Shown: piece by piece, positions 48,501 through 59,949 of the stretch | Position numbering within the stretch: position 1 is the first letter of the stretch | Layout of the letters: each line of letters opens with the position of its first letter | NCBI GenBank assembly: GCA_002269645.1 | Contig: NIVC01002012.1 | Span: 62,001 to 126,000 of the forward strand | DNA length: 64,000 bases | Origin: Macrostomum lignano | Lineage: Eukaryota | Direction of reading: 5' to 3' | The notes under the pieces: generated by a model | Database searches by the model: none | What the model saw: only the letters and a program-made list of their open reading frames with translations | What the model was told of the DNA's origin: nothing | Program-made: the position numbers and the translations under genes

Positions 48501-51500
48501 ATGGTGATGCAGTCTTCTCTGATGACGATGAAGCGCACTCTCTCCGAGTTGCCGTTGATCTTCGTGTGCAGAGTGATCTGGCCAGCGGGTGTCAGGGGCC
48601 TCGCTGCTCCGAGAGGATAGACCCTCGTGTGCGTGGGCTGAAGCGCCCGCTCGGGTGCTCCCGTTAGACGAAGGGTCCGCTGGCTGAGCACGTTGCAGCT
48701 CGCACCGCTGTCGATCAGGACGGGTACGTTCGCGCCGTTGATGACCGCTTTGAAGGTGGTGCTTGTGCGGCTGGGGTCGAGGCTGGAGAATACCGCCTCC
48801 GCCAGGTGCGCCACTGCTGGTTCCTCTGGCTCGGGCTCTGCCATGTTGATGCGTGCGCGGCCGCTTAGGCAGGCCTTCGCCAGGTGGTGCAGCTTGCCGC
48901 AGTTGCTGCAGCGCTTGCCTTGGGCCCGGTTGCAAGTGCGATGGCCGGGCTCTCCGCACCGCAGGCATTTGTCGGCCGGGCTGGCTGGCGGGCGCCTGGT
49001 GGGGCGCTTGTCGCGTGCCGCATGCACTTCTTCAGCTTGTCCGGCTGCCGAGCGCTCCATGATTGCCGCTTGCTGGCTGGCTGCTTCGTTTGTTCTCGCC
49101 AGCTGGAGGGCATCGGGGAGGCTGATGTTGGGCACGTTGAGCAGCCGCTTTCGGAGGGATTCACTGCGGCAGCAGGCGACGATCTGGTCGCGGATGAGGG
49201 ACTGGCGCAGCTCTCCGAACTGGCAGGCCTCAGCCGCGTTGCACAGTCGGTTGTGCCAGCTGTCGATGCCTTCGCCGTCTAGCTGCGTGCACTGGCGGAA
49301 TTGGTACCGGGTGAACACCACATTGTCGCGTCCTTGAAAGTGCTGAGTTAGCGCCGCTATGAGTGAGTCAAGCGTTTGCTGCTCCGGCTGGTCAGTGGCG
49401 GGACGCGTCTGTGAGATCTCTTTAAAGATGTCTGCAACCTCTTTTCCCGCGGTATACAGGAGGATTTCCTGCTTCTGGGCGTCGTCCGAGATTCCTGATG
49501 CTGCCAAGAATCGCTTTAGTGTGGTGGCCCACTCTGTCCAGCGCTTGCTGACGGTGTGGGGGTCCGCGCTAATGCTGAATGCGGATGGCGGCTGTAGCTG
49601 TAGTAGGCTGTGCCTGTATATTTATTGTCTGGTAGAACACAGATTTCCGGTTCATTGAGTGCGCGTTGGGATGTGCTCGAGCAGAGGGAAGGATAGGCTG
49701 GGTGGGGGTCACGGAGTGCAAACTAGGTACCCGAACTGCCTGCCTGCGCATGCTACAGATTCGAGATCATGTCAGGATGGGGTAGTAGGGAGGGATCTGG
49801 GATCAAATCAGGATAGGGATTTAGGGAAAGATTTGAAATCAAATCAAGATGGGGATTTGGGGCTTGCAGCCTAGTGGTTAGAGCGTCGGACTCACGACTC
49901 AAAGGTCGGGGGTTCGATTCCCGGTCCCACTGGAACAATTTGTGTCCTTGAGCAAGACACATAACTCTGCATTGTTTAAGTCCACCCAGCTGTAAAATGG
50001 GTGCCAGCATTACGCTCGTAGCTGGGGTAATTGAGTGTGAGCTGTCGGTTGTAAATCTGCCAATTAAGGCAGGTGTAATCAATTGTTATCAATATTATTA
50101 TTATTATTATTACTACGGTAGCAACCAACAGATGGGCTAATATTTACCTAGACTTGGGCACCAAAGTCTCCGAGCTCAAGAAGCCGCCTTCATCTTGATC
50201 TCCGTCATCGCGTCGGTCAGCAGTAACCGCCCTGGCTGCTGACACCGCTTCCTCCTTCTCCGCCGCTGACTCCTCAGCCAGGAAGGGAAATTTTCCTTCA
50301 TAATAATCAGCCAGCAACTGCAGCGCCCTGGACCCGTAGCCCATTCGCTGATAATCCGGATGGGTGGCAACTCGAACCACCCGAGCACCGGATAGGGAAG
50401 GGAAATCCGCGTCCGAGAACTGCTGCGACACCGTCCATGGCACCAGGTCTCCGGCTGGTCGGCGGCCTTGAGCTAGGGCGCGGTGCACCGAGTCGCGATT
50501 GATGGCACCTTCTAGGCACACCTGCGATAATGGAGTTTTAGGTTTGCTGTCTTCATCATTAACCCTTAACCCTCTCAGATTGCGATCTCTATCGTTAATC
50601 CTTAATCCACTCAGATTGAAATCCCTATCACTAAACCTTAATCTTCTCAAATTGAGATCTCTATCGTTAATTCTTAATCCTCTAAGATTGAAATCTCTAT
50701 TAATAATCCTTAATCCTCTCATATTAAGATCTCTATCGTTAATCCTTAATCCTCTCAGATTGCGATTTCTATCGTTAATCCTTAATCCTCCCAGATTGAA
50801 ATCTCTATCAATAATCCTTAATCCTCCCAGATTAAAATCTCTATCAATAATCCTTAATCCTCTCAGTTTGAGATCTCTATCGTTAATCCTTAATCCTCTC
50901 AGATTGCGATTTCTATCGTTAATCCTTAATCCTCTAAAATTGAGATCTCTATTGTTAATCCTTAATCCTCCCAGATTGAAATCTCTATCAATAATCCTTA
51001 ATCCTCCCAGATTAAAATCTCTATCAATAATCCTTAATCCTCTCAGATTGAGATCTCTATCGTTAATCCTTAATCCTCTCAGATTGCGATCTCTATCGTT
51101 AATCCTTAATCCTCTCAGATTGCGATTTCTATCGTTAATCCTTAATCCTCTCAGATTGAGATCTCTATCGTTAATCCTTAATTATCTCAGATTGAGATCT
51201 TTATAGTTAATCCTTAATCCTCTCGAATTGAGATCTTTATCGTTAATGCTTAATCCTCTTGAATAATAAATGATCCATATAAAGACTCCCTAATTATGCC
51301 ATATTTTGTATCACCTGCAGCACGCTGAGAATCTCAGGCAGCTGATTCGGTCCTGCCTGTTTATCAAACGGGCCCAATAGCACAAAAATGTGATGCGCAG
51401 GTGCGTCCGACAGCATCTGCAAATCGTTAGGCGAATTCCGATAGTGACTGGACACGTACAGAGACATCAGCCGGTGTAGAAAGTTCTCAGTGAACTTGTG

Positions 51501-54500
51501 ATAAGCAAACAAAGTGTCCCGATTGACGTAGTAGAGCTGGCACTGTGATGGGCTGGGGCAGCCGGAGTGCAGCATCGGCACTGATGAGCAGTCTAAGCAG
51601 AGCAGGTCGTTCAGCCAGGACTCGATTGGATCGCCCGGGCCGTAGCTGAGGGAGACAGTCGTTTGGGTATATTAAATACACTAATAGTCAAGTATATAAA
51701 ATCCTAATATGTAATCCCTTATTCTCCTACTAGCGTACTAAGCCTTCCATGGGGGGCATTCAAATTCATGATATTTGACCCCTAGTATGGGCTATATTTC
51801 CCTAGTTTTATATTTTTCGATACATATCGGCTTTATTTCTATAGTTTCAAGTTTTGACTGGATCTTACTAATCCATCTAGCCTAACAATGACTAAATCTT
51901 GCTAATCCATCTAGCCTAACAATGACTAAATCTTGCTAATCCATCTAGCCTAATCCTGACTGAATCTTGCTAATCCTCCCAGCCTAATCCTGACTGGATC
52001 TTGCTAATCCATCTAGCCTAATCCCGACTGGATCTTGCTAATCCATCTAGCCTAATCCCGACTGGATCTTGCTAATCCATCTAGCCCGACTGGATCTTGC
52101 TAATCCATCTAGCCTAATCCTGACTGGATCTTGCTAATCCATCTAGCCTAATCCCGACTGGATCTTGCTAATCCATCTAGCCCGACTGGATCTTGCTAAT
52201 CCATCTAGCCTAATCCTGACTGGATCTTGCTAATCCATCTAGCCTAATCCCGACTGGATCTTGCTAATCCATCTAGCCTAATCCCGACTGGATCTTGCTA
52301 ATCCATCTAGCCTAATCCTGACTGGATCTTGCTAATCCATCTAGCCTAATCCCGACTGGATCTTGCTAATCCATCTAGCCTAATCCCGACTGGATCTTGC
52401 TAATCCATCTAGCCTAATCCTGACTGGATCTTGCTAATCCATCTAGCCTAATCCTGACTGGATCTTGCTAATCCATCTAGCCTAATCCCGACTGGATCTT
52501 GCTAATCCATCTAGCCCGACTGGATCTTGCTAATCCATCTAGCCTAATCCTGACTGGATCTTGTAATCCATCTAGCCTAATCCCGACTAGATCTTGCTAA
52601 TCCATCTAGCCCGACTGGATCTTGCTAATCCATCTAGCCTAATCCTGAATGAATCTTGCTAATCCCTCTAGCTTAACAATGACTAGTTCTTGCTAATCCA
52701 TCTAGCCTAAGGTTCAACCCCAGTATCCAGCTTACCGAATAGACTCATCCAAGGTGATCTCCTTCAGCTGACTAGACGCATCCTGCCTGAGCTGCGAGAT
52801 CAGCTTCAACGATAGCGACCTACCAGTGCCTTCGTAGCCGTTGACAGTAGAGGACAGAAAGCACAGATTCGAGCCCATCATGGCTCGAACGGTAGCCAAG
52901 GGGATGGCGGCTGCTTCATCAATGCACAACAGTTCGGCAGAGTCTGGCTTTGAATTAGCCGAAGGCGCCAAGTAGGCGATGGTGTACCGATGCTGCTGAA
53001 CCCGAAGACAGATTTTAACGATACATTTCGCACTGTCGGGATCTGAGCTTTCAACTATGGTAAAGTCAGTGTGCTGCTCCCAGCCCATCGCCTGCAGGCC
53101 TTTGACAGCGAACTGCATCAGAGTGGCGATATTTTCAGGACCAGGCGAGGTCACGCACACGTTGGCGACACCTTTGCCGACCGCGGCAGCGATTGCCAGG
53201 CCGAGGGCGGCTGATTTACCTCGACCGCGTGACGCTGTCAGAGCGGCCACTCGCATCTGCTGCTGTTGTTGGGCTGTTGCTATGGGGAAAGGGGGAGAGC
53301 ACAGGTTATTTACAGTACTTGATATGAGCACAGGGGAATGTGCACTGTGATGTGAACACGGGTGTGAACATAGGGGTGAGAGAACACGGGTGTGAACATA
53401 GGGGTGAGAGAACACGGTTCAGGTTGTGTGAGAACACGGTTCAGGTTGTGTGAGAACACGGTTCAGGTTGTGTGAGAACACGGTTCAGGTTGTGAGAGAA
53501 CACGGTTCAGGTTGTGTGAGAACACGGTTCAGGTTGTGAGAACACGGTTCAGGTTGTGTGAGCACACGGTTCAGGTTGTGTGAGCACACGGTTCAGGTTG
53601 TGTGAGCACACGGTTCGGGTTGTGAGAGAACACGGTTCGGGTTGAGAGAACACGGTTCAGGTTGTGAGAGAACACGGTTCAGGTTGTGAGAGAACACGCT
53701 TCAGGTTGTGAGAGAACACGGTTCAGGTTGTGTGAGAACACGGTTCAGGTTGTGTGAGAACACGGTTCAGGTTGTGAGAGAACACGGTTCAGGTTGTGTG
53801 AGAACACGGTTCAGGTTGTGAGAGAACACGGTTCAGGTTGTGTGAGAACACGGTTTAGGTTGTGTGAGAACACGGTTCAGGTTGTGTGAGAACACGGTTC
53901 AGGTTGTGTGAGCACACGGTTCAGGTTGTGTGAGCACACGGTTCAGGTTGTGAGAGAACACGGTTCAGGTTGAGAGAACATGGTTCAGGTTGTGTGAGAA
54001 CACGGTTCAGGTTGTGAGAACACGGTTTAGGTTGTGTGAGCACACGGTTCAGGTTGTGTGAGAACACGGTTCAGGTTGTGAGAACTCGGTTCAGGTTGTG
54101 AGAGAACACGGTTCAGGTTGTGAGAGAACACGGTTCAGGTTGTGAGAGAACACGGTTCAGGTTGTGAGAGAACACGGTTCAGGTTGTGTGAGCACACGGT
54201 TCAGGTTGTGTGAGAACACGGTTCAGGTTGTGATCATTCTTACCATTAGACTTATTATAGTCGCTAAGCAGGTCCAGAAAAGCTAGCAGTGCCCTAGCCT
54301 GATCTAGAGTCCTGCAGAGGCCAACCAGTCTAGCGAATCGTTGATCACTCTCAGGGTCAGTCAGCATTGACTCCTGCAGCTCTTTAAGCTGGCGACCACT
54401 GGCCGACAGGCCATCTAGATTAGCCACTGTGCTAGTGGGTTTAATAGTAGCTAAAGTAGACTCAGACAATGGCAGTACGTTAAATTTATCGTCCAATACA

Positions 54501-56818
54501 AGGCAGCGACGGCAGTTAGCCAGTGAGAGCAGGAAGCGCTCGTTAAAACGGCCAACCACATCCTGGTGGGATTCTGTGCGATACCTGCGGATAGGAAAGT
54601 AGGATGTAAGGCTTTAGAAGCGGGAGAGGGTGAGAGGGAAGGAGAGAAGCATGGGAGGGTAAGACAAAAAGGGGGAGAAGCGGGAGAGGGTGAGGGAATG
54701 AAGAGAAGCGGGAGAGGGTGAGGGAATGGAGAGAAGCGGGAGAGGGTGAGGGAGAGAAGCGGGAGAGGGTGAGGGAATGAAGAGAAGCGGGAGAGGGTGA
54801 GGGAATGGAGAGAAGCGGGAGAGGGTGAGGGAATGGAGAGAAGCGGGAGAGGGTGAGGGAATGGAGAGAAGCGGGAGAGGGTGAGGGAATGGAGAGAAGC
54901 GGGAGAGGGTGAGGGAGAGAAGCGGGAGAGGGTGAGGGAATGGAGAGAAGCGGGAGAGGGTGAGGGAATGGAGAGAAGCGGGAGAGGGTGAGAGATAAAG
55001 GGGAGAAGAGGGAGAGGGTGAGATAAAGGGGAGAAGAGGGAGAGGGTGAGATAAAGGGGAGAAGAGGGAGATGGAGAGATAAAGGGGAGAAGAGGGAGAG
55101 GGTGAGATAAAAAGGAGAAGAGGGAGAGGGTGAGGGAGAGAAGCAGGAGAGGGAAAGAGAGAAGGATAAAACCCAGTGTGGCATCAAGGACGACTTAAAT
55201 AAGCGCCAGGCCAGTAAACTTTATTTCTTAGAAAAAACATTTGAAGGCGGGTTTGTCGCTAAAAAAGGAAATCAATGCAGAAAATCGAGTAAGACAACAG
55301 TACTGAGTATTTAGAGTATCACAGAAGTAGATAAGCATTCAATACAAGTATTTTATGATTTACTAGTGCGAGCTACTAAGGACCAGCAAAATCAGAGCTA
55401 TTTCTAAGAAAAGAAAGTTCCTAAGAAACTGAGACATACCTGGCATGCACATCCATAGACATGGTGGCAAGCTGCCTAAGCGAGTCCATGCTATGAAGCA
55501 GCAGTACAACCAGACCGCCGCCCTCCACAGTCTCAATAGTCCTAGCCAGAGTGTTGGGCGTCAGGGCTTCAAAGTCTTGCAGTACGCAGGCGCCAAAGGT
55601 GTTGCCGAGGATCTTGTGCGTCTCGCTATAATAGCACCAGCGAATCTCCGTGGCGCAGACAAACAATTCGAACGGATTGTCTTCGTTAACGTCGAGTTTT
55701 CCTGATTTCTGCTTTTTTCTGCGAGGAAAATAATATAGTACTGATATTGATGCGTTAAGTACTAACAGTAGTATTAAATTGCCTATCATTAAAGTCACGC
55801 GATTGAAAAAAGTAATTATAATTTGAACTAGAAAAAACTAAATCACGTGATCTAAAGTAATTATGACTTTAACTACTGATAAAAAGTCACGTGATTTAAA
55901 ACTAATTATAATTTAAACCAAAATTCAACAGATCGCATGATATAAATGTAATTTAATTATACTTTATAAATACTATTCAACAAGGTCACTTGATCTAAAG
56001 TAATTACAATTAAACCCACTAATCAACAAAATCCCATGACTTTAAAGCAATTATAATTTATAATATTAACAAACAAAGTCACGTGATCTTAAAGTAACTA
56101 TTATTTAACCTACCAATCAACCGGATCACGTGATCTAAAGTAACTATTATTTAACCTACAAATCAACCAGATCACGTGATCTAAAGTAACTATTATTTAA
56201 CCTACCAATCAACCGGATCACGTGATCTAAAGTAACTATTATTTAACCTACAAATCAACCAGATCACGTGATCTAAAGTAACTATTGTTAAACCTACAAA
56301 TCAACCAGATCACGTGATCTAAAGTAACTATTATTTAACCTACAAATCAACCAGATCACGTGATCTTAAAGTAACTATTATTTAACCTACCTATCAACCA
56401 GATCACGTGATCTAAAGTAACTACTATTTAACCTACAATTCAACCAGATCATGTGATCTGAAGTAATTATTATTCAACTACAATTAACCAGGTCATGCGA
56501 CTTAAGGTCAAGTGTATGATAATAAAAATACGTTACACTACTACTATCAACACGATCACGTGACTCGCACACTTACTGCAGCTGCCTCATCAGTTTCTTT
56601 CGATGAGTTGAGAAGCCTAATTCTTTCTTGTAGCACCACAGCACCGAAGGCCGGGCCTTAACAACCGCTTTCGACAAAAGATGATGCAAGATTGGCACCT
56701 GATCTCGACCTTTATCGCCCACAATGACAAACATGCTGCGATGATGGTCGCGGATGCCATTTTCAATTATTGCTTTGAGTCTGGGGTCCAGCTTCTTCCA
56801 TTTGGTCTTCTTGTCCAT
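42514..56818 (-). CDS. NAT10: RNA cytidine acetyltransferase NAT10/Kre33, 9 exons, 1038 aa
   Basis: Exons 56818..56577, 55718..55440, 54584..54244, 53279..52736, 51645..51315, 50521..50148, 45075..44643, 43669..43493, 42909..42514 = 3117 nt, all GT-AG and in phase. Motifs: LQDFEALTPNTLARTIETVEGGG, Walker A TASRGRGKS, IDEAAAIP, RVATHPDYQRMGYGSRAL, and a basic C-terminus. Confidence 0.97.
42955..43350. repeat. ~37-bp minisatellite, NAT10 intron 8
   Basis: Core TTTCGATACATATCGGCT followed by an A-rich variable part. Confidence 0.9.
43845..44635. repeat. ~37-bp minisatellite, NAT10 intron 7
   Basis: The same core TTTCGATACATATCGGCT followed by ACT(G/T)TATCTTAAA variants. Confidence 0.9.
45243..45464 (-). 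repeat. 3' LTR (222 bp) of the Mag-like element
   Basis: 45313..45464 is identical to 49606..49757. Confidence 0.92.
45594..49605 (-). pseudogene. Mag-like gag-pol: open through gag, PR, RT, RH and the IN zinc finger; integrase core has a stop (46397..46399) and a frameshift (~46126); start codon deleted
   Basis: Two CCHC knuckles, LIDSGAS, WVHDDII, LIVDASP and the HHCC finger. The frame continues after TAA with ITTDNG and PQANGLVER. Confidence 0.9.
49606..49757 (-). repeat. Truncated 5' LTR (152 bp) of the Mag-like element
   Basis: Lacks the ~70 bp present at 45243..45312 and is fused directly to gag; no PBS. Confidence 0.88.
49861..50115 (+). mobile_element. tRNA-derived SINE copy with internal deletion and (ATT)n tail, NAT10 intron 6
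   Basis: A box CAGCCTAGTGG, B box GGTTCGATTCC, GTGTCCTTGAGCAAGACAC and an (ATT)5 tail. Confidence 0.85.
50565..51260. repeat. 36-bp minisatellite, NAT10 intron 5
   Basis: CTTAATCCTCTCAGATTGAGATCTCTATCGTTAATC, about 19 units. Confidence 0.95.
51855..52710. repeat. 34-bp minisatellite, NAT10 intron 4
   Basis: GACTGGATCTTGCTAATCCATCTAGCCTAATCC(C/T), about 25 units. Confidence 0.95.
53360..54232. repeat. 20-22-bp minisatellite, NAT10 intron 3
   Basis: GAGAACACGGTTCAGGTTGTG(T/A), about 40 units. Confidence 0.95.
54615..55165. repeat. 28-bp polypurine minisatellite, NAT10 intron 2
   Basis: GGAGAGAAGCGGGAGAGGGTGAGGGAAT and variants. Confidence 0.93.
55840..56480. repeat. ~46-bp minisatellite carrying TCACGTGA, NAT10 intron 1
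   Basis: CACGTGATCTAAAGTAACTATTATTTAACCTACAAATCAACCAGAT. Confidence 0.9.
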
Positions 56819-56892
56819 TGTTGCAGAGCACAGCTGCTGGAAACTGAAAATGGAAAGCCTTTGATTAAAATAGGGCAAACTGTCTGTGGACT

Positions 56893-58133
56893 AGTATTGA
56901 ATATTGAGTCAGCTAATGACCCAGTATTGAATATTGAGTCAGCTAACCCTGACCCAGTATTGAATATTGAGTCAGCTACCTCTGACCCAGTATTGAATAT
57001 TGAGTCAGCTAATGACCCAGCATTAAGAATTGAGTCAGCTAACCCTGACCCAGTATTGAATATTGAGTCAGCTAATGACCCAGTATTAAGAATTGAGTCA
57101 GCTAACCCTGACCCAGTATTGAATATTGAGTCAGCTACCTCTGACCCAGTATTGAATATTGAGTCAGCTACCTCTGACCCAGTATTGAATATTGAGTTAG
57201 CTACCTCTGACCCAGTATTGAATATTGAGTCAGCTACCTCTGACCCAGTATTGAATATTGAGTCAGCTAATGACCCAGCATTAAGAATTGAGTCAGCTAC
57301 CCCTGACCCAGTATTAAATATTGAGTCAGCTACCCCTGACACAGTATTGAATATTGAGTCAGCTACCTCTGACCCAGTATTGAGCATTGAGTCAGCTACC
57401 CCTGACCCAGTATTAAATATTGAGTCAGTTACCCCTGACCCAGTATTGAATATTGAGTCATCTACCCCTGACTCAGTATTGAATATTGAGTCATCTACCC
57501 CTGACCCAGTATTGAATATTGAGTCAGCTACCCCTGACCCAGTATTGAATATTGAGTCAGCTAACCCTGACCCAGTATTAAGAATTGAGTCAGCTACCCC
57601 TGACCCAGTATTGAGTATTGAGTCAGCTACCCCTGACCCAGTATTGAATATTGAGTCAGCTACCCCTGACCCATTGTTGAGTATGGAGTCAGCTACCCCT
57701 GACCCAGTATTAAATATTGAGTCAGCTACCCCTGACCCAGTATTGAATATTGAGTCAGCTAACCCTGACCCAGTATTAAGAATTGAGTCAGCTACCCCTG
57801 ACCCAGTATTGAATATTGAGTCAGCTAACCCTGACCCAGTATTAAGAATTGAGTCAGCTACCCCTGACCCAGTATTGAGTATTGAGTCAGCTACCCCTGA
57901 CCCAGTATTGAATATTGAGTCAGCTACCCCTGACCCATTGTTGAGTATTGAGTCAGCTACCCCTGACCCAGTATTAAATATTGAGTCAGCTACCCCTGAC
58001 CCATTATTGAGTATTGAGTCAGCTACCCCTGACCCATTGTTGAGTATTGAGTCAGCTACCCCTGACCCAGTATTAAATATTGAGTCAGCTACCCCTGACC
58101 CATTATTGAGTATTGAGTCAGCTACCCCTGACC
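56893..58133. repeat. 33-bp (30/33) minisatellite immediately upstream of the NAT10 start codon
   Basis: ATTGAATATTGAGTCAGCTACCCCTGACCCAGT, about 38 units. Confidence 0.95.
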
Positions 58134-59144
58134 TACTAATGAGTAAGCTCTTACTGAGCTAGCTTAAAAGTGCATTAAAAAAAATATTTTGTAATAAAGA
58201 ATGGCTAACAAGAAAACACAATATTATTCAATAGAGATGCATTAATTTCATAGTTTTAATCGTGCAAAATTATATCATTTGAAAAAGAATATTTTAACAG
58301 AAGTCCAAATAATTACGCTCATATGAAATAGATTAAGCAATAAATCTAGAACTAACAAAATTATCGATGGATTTCAATAATTAATTAATGAGCTAATTTT
58401 GATACCTGGGCATTGAGTGTTTGACAGGTCAGTGTTTAGCAAATTAAATGAAACAAATAAACGCAAAATAGCAATCGATTTTAAAAACAAATTTACTAAT
58501 AATAACAATTATAAGCATTAAGTAGCGATTAGCGATAAAGCCAGAAGCACAGCCAATGTACTAATAAAAAATAAATATTGTTTCCTTATAAATAAATTCA
58601 ACTGACCAGTCCAAACATAGCTGAATAATAAAATCCAGACTACACTACTGCTCAAATCTGAAATCAGTAGTAGGCAACGACAAATATTGTAGTGATTTAT
58701 TTGGAAAATTGGCGCAGAAACTAACAGAAAATGAAACAAAGACTAACGCACATTCTGCATAAAGACTTTGATTTTAAAGTGGGCATAGGGAGGGGCGCGA
58801 AAGGCAGTACTTGCGGTGGAAGCAATAGAAATAGAATTAGAAATTAATTATTAGTTTACTAAAGTTGATTTGAGGCACTGGATTAAAATTGCAAACATTA
58901 GAACACTGGAATTTGTGTCTGTAATCAACACACAGACTTGCAGCAATAACGCGCACTTTGAAAATTACATTGCTGAATAGATAATCTTATTAAAATGGGA
59001 CTCCTCAGGACTTCTCAGAAACTCAAATGGAATTAAATAGTAAAAATAACTGGACTCCTAAGTAATAATTGGGGAATAATACCAAATATTTGGGACCCGC
59101 TGGTAAAGACCCCGACTCCTCAGGACTTCGTATAGGAAAGAATC

Positions 59145-59790
59145 TCCTCCTCATTGAAAAATCGGGACTCCTCAATGAAGAATCTCCTTCTCAATGAAAA
59201 ACCAGGACCCCTCAATGAAGAATCTCCTTCTCAATGAAGAACCAGGACCCCTCAATGAAGAATCTCCTTCTCAATGAAGAACCAGGACCCCTCAATGAAG
59301 AATCTTCTCCTCAATGAAAAATCGGGACTCCTCAATGAAGAATCTCCTTCTCAATGAAGAACCAGGACCCCTTAATGAAGAATCGGGGCTCCTCAATGAA
59401 GAATTGGGACTCCTCAATGAAGAATCGGGACTCCTCAATGAAGAATCGGGACTTCTCAATGAAGAATCGGGGCTCCTCAATGAAAAATCGGGACTCCTCA
59501 ATGAAGAATCGGAACTCCTCAATGAAGAATTGGGACCCCTCAATGAAGAATTGGGACCCCTCAATGAAGAATCGGGACTGTTCAGTAAAGAATCGGGACT
59601 GTTCAGTAAAGAATCGGGACTGTTCAGTAAAGAATCGGGACTTCCCAGTAAAGAATCAGGACTACTCAAAAAGAATTGGGACCCCTCAATGAAGAATTGG
59701 GACCCCTCAATGAAGAATTGGGACCCCTCAATGAAGAATCGGGGCTCATCAATGAAGAATCGGGACTCCTCAGTAGAAAATCGGGACTCT
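59145..59790. repeat. 21-bp minisatellite (with 42-bp dimers) downstream of EXOC6
   Basis: AATGAAGAATCGGGACTCCTC and variants. Confidence 0.93.
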
Positions 59791-59949
59791 TCAAACGAGA
59801 ATTGAAACGGGAAAGTTAATAATAAGCAGTAACCGGCACACTTTAACAGTCAGAACTTTATAAGAACATTCAGCCGTCAGAAAATTGCAGGTTATAAAAA
59901 TCCGATTTGACCAGTGCTTAAGCCGCTAATTAACTACCGATAACAGAAG

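Larger units (their letters stand above)
45243..49757 (-). mobile_element. Mag-clade-like Ty3/Gypsy retrotransposon (4515 bp) in NAT10 intron 6, same orientation as the gene
   Basis: 5-bp TSD GATTC (45238..45242, 49758..49762), short TG...CA LTRs, PPT-like AGACGAGGGA and a single gag-pol frame. Confidence 0.93.

Noticed and set aside
45366-49337. Many plus-strand ORFs over the Mag-like element
   Set aside because: They are antisense shadows of a GC-rich gag-pol with no recognisable motifs.
50144-51206. Leu/Asn/Pro-rich (LRR-looking) ORFs
   Set aside because: They come from the 36-bp array in NAT10 intron 5; only 50148..50521 is a real exon.
56681-58162. 493-aa plus-strand ORF
   Set aside because: It is the translation of a 33/30-bp minisatellite (unit a multiple of 3) and is antisense to NAT10 exon 1.
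59292-59805. Periodic 7-aa ORFs
   Set aside because: They are translations of the 21-bp minisatellite.
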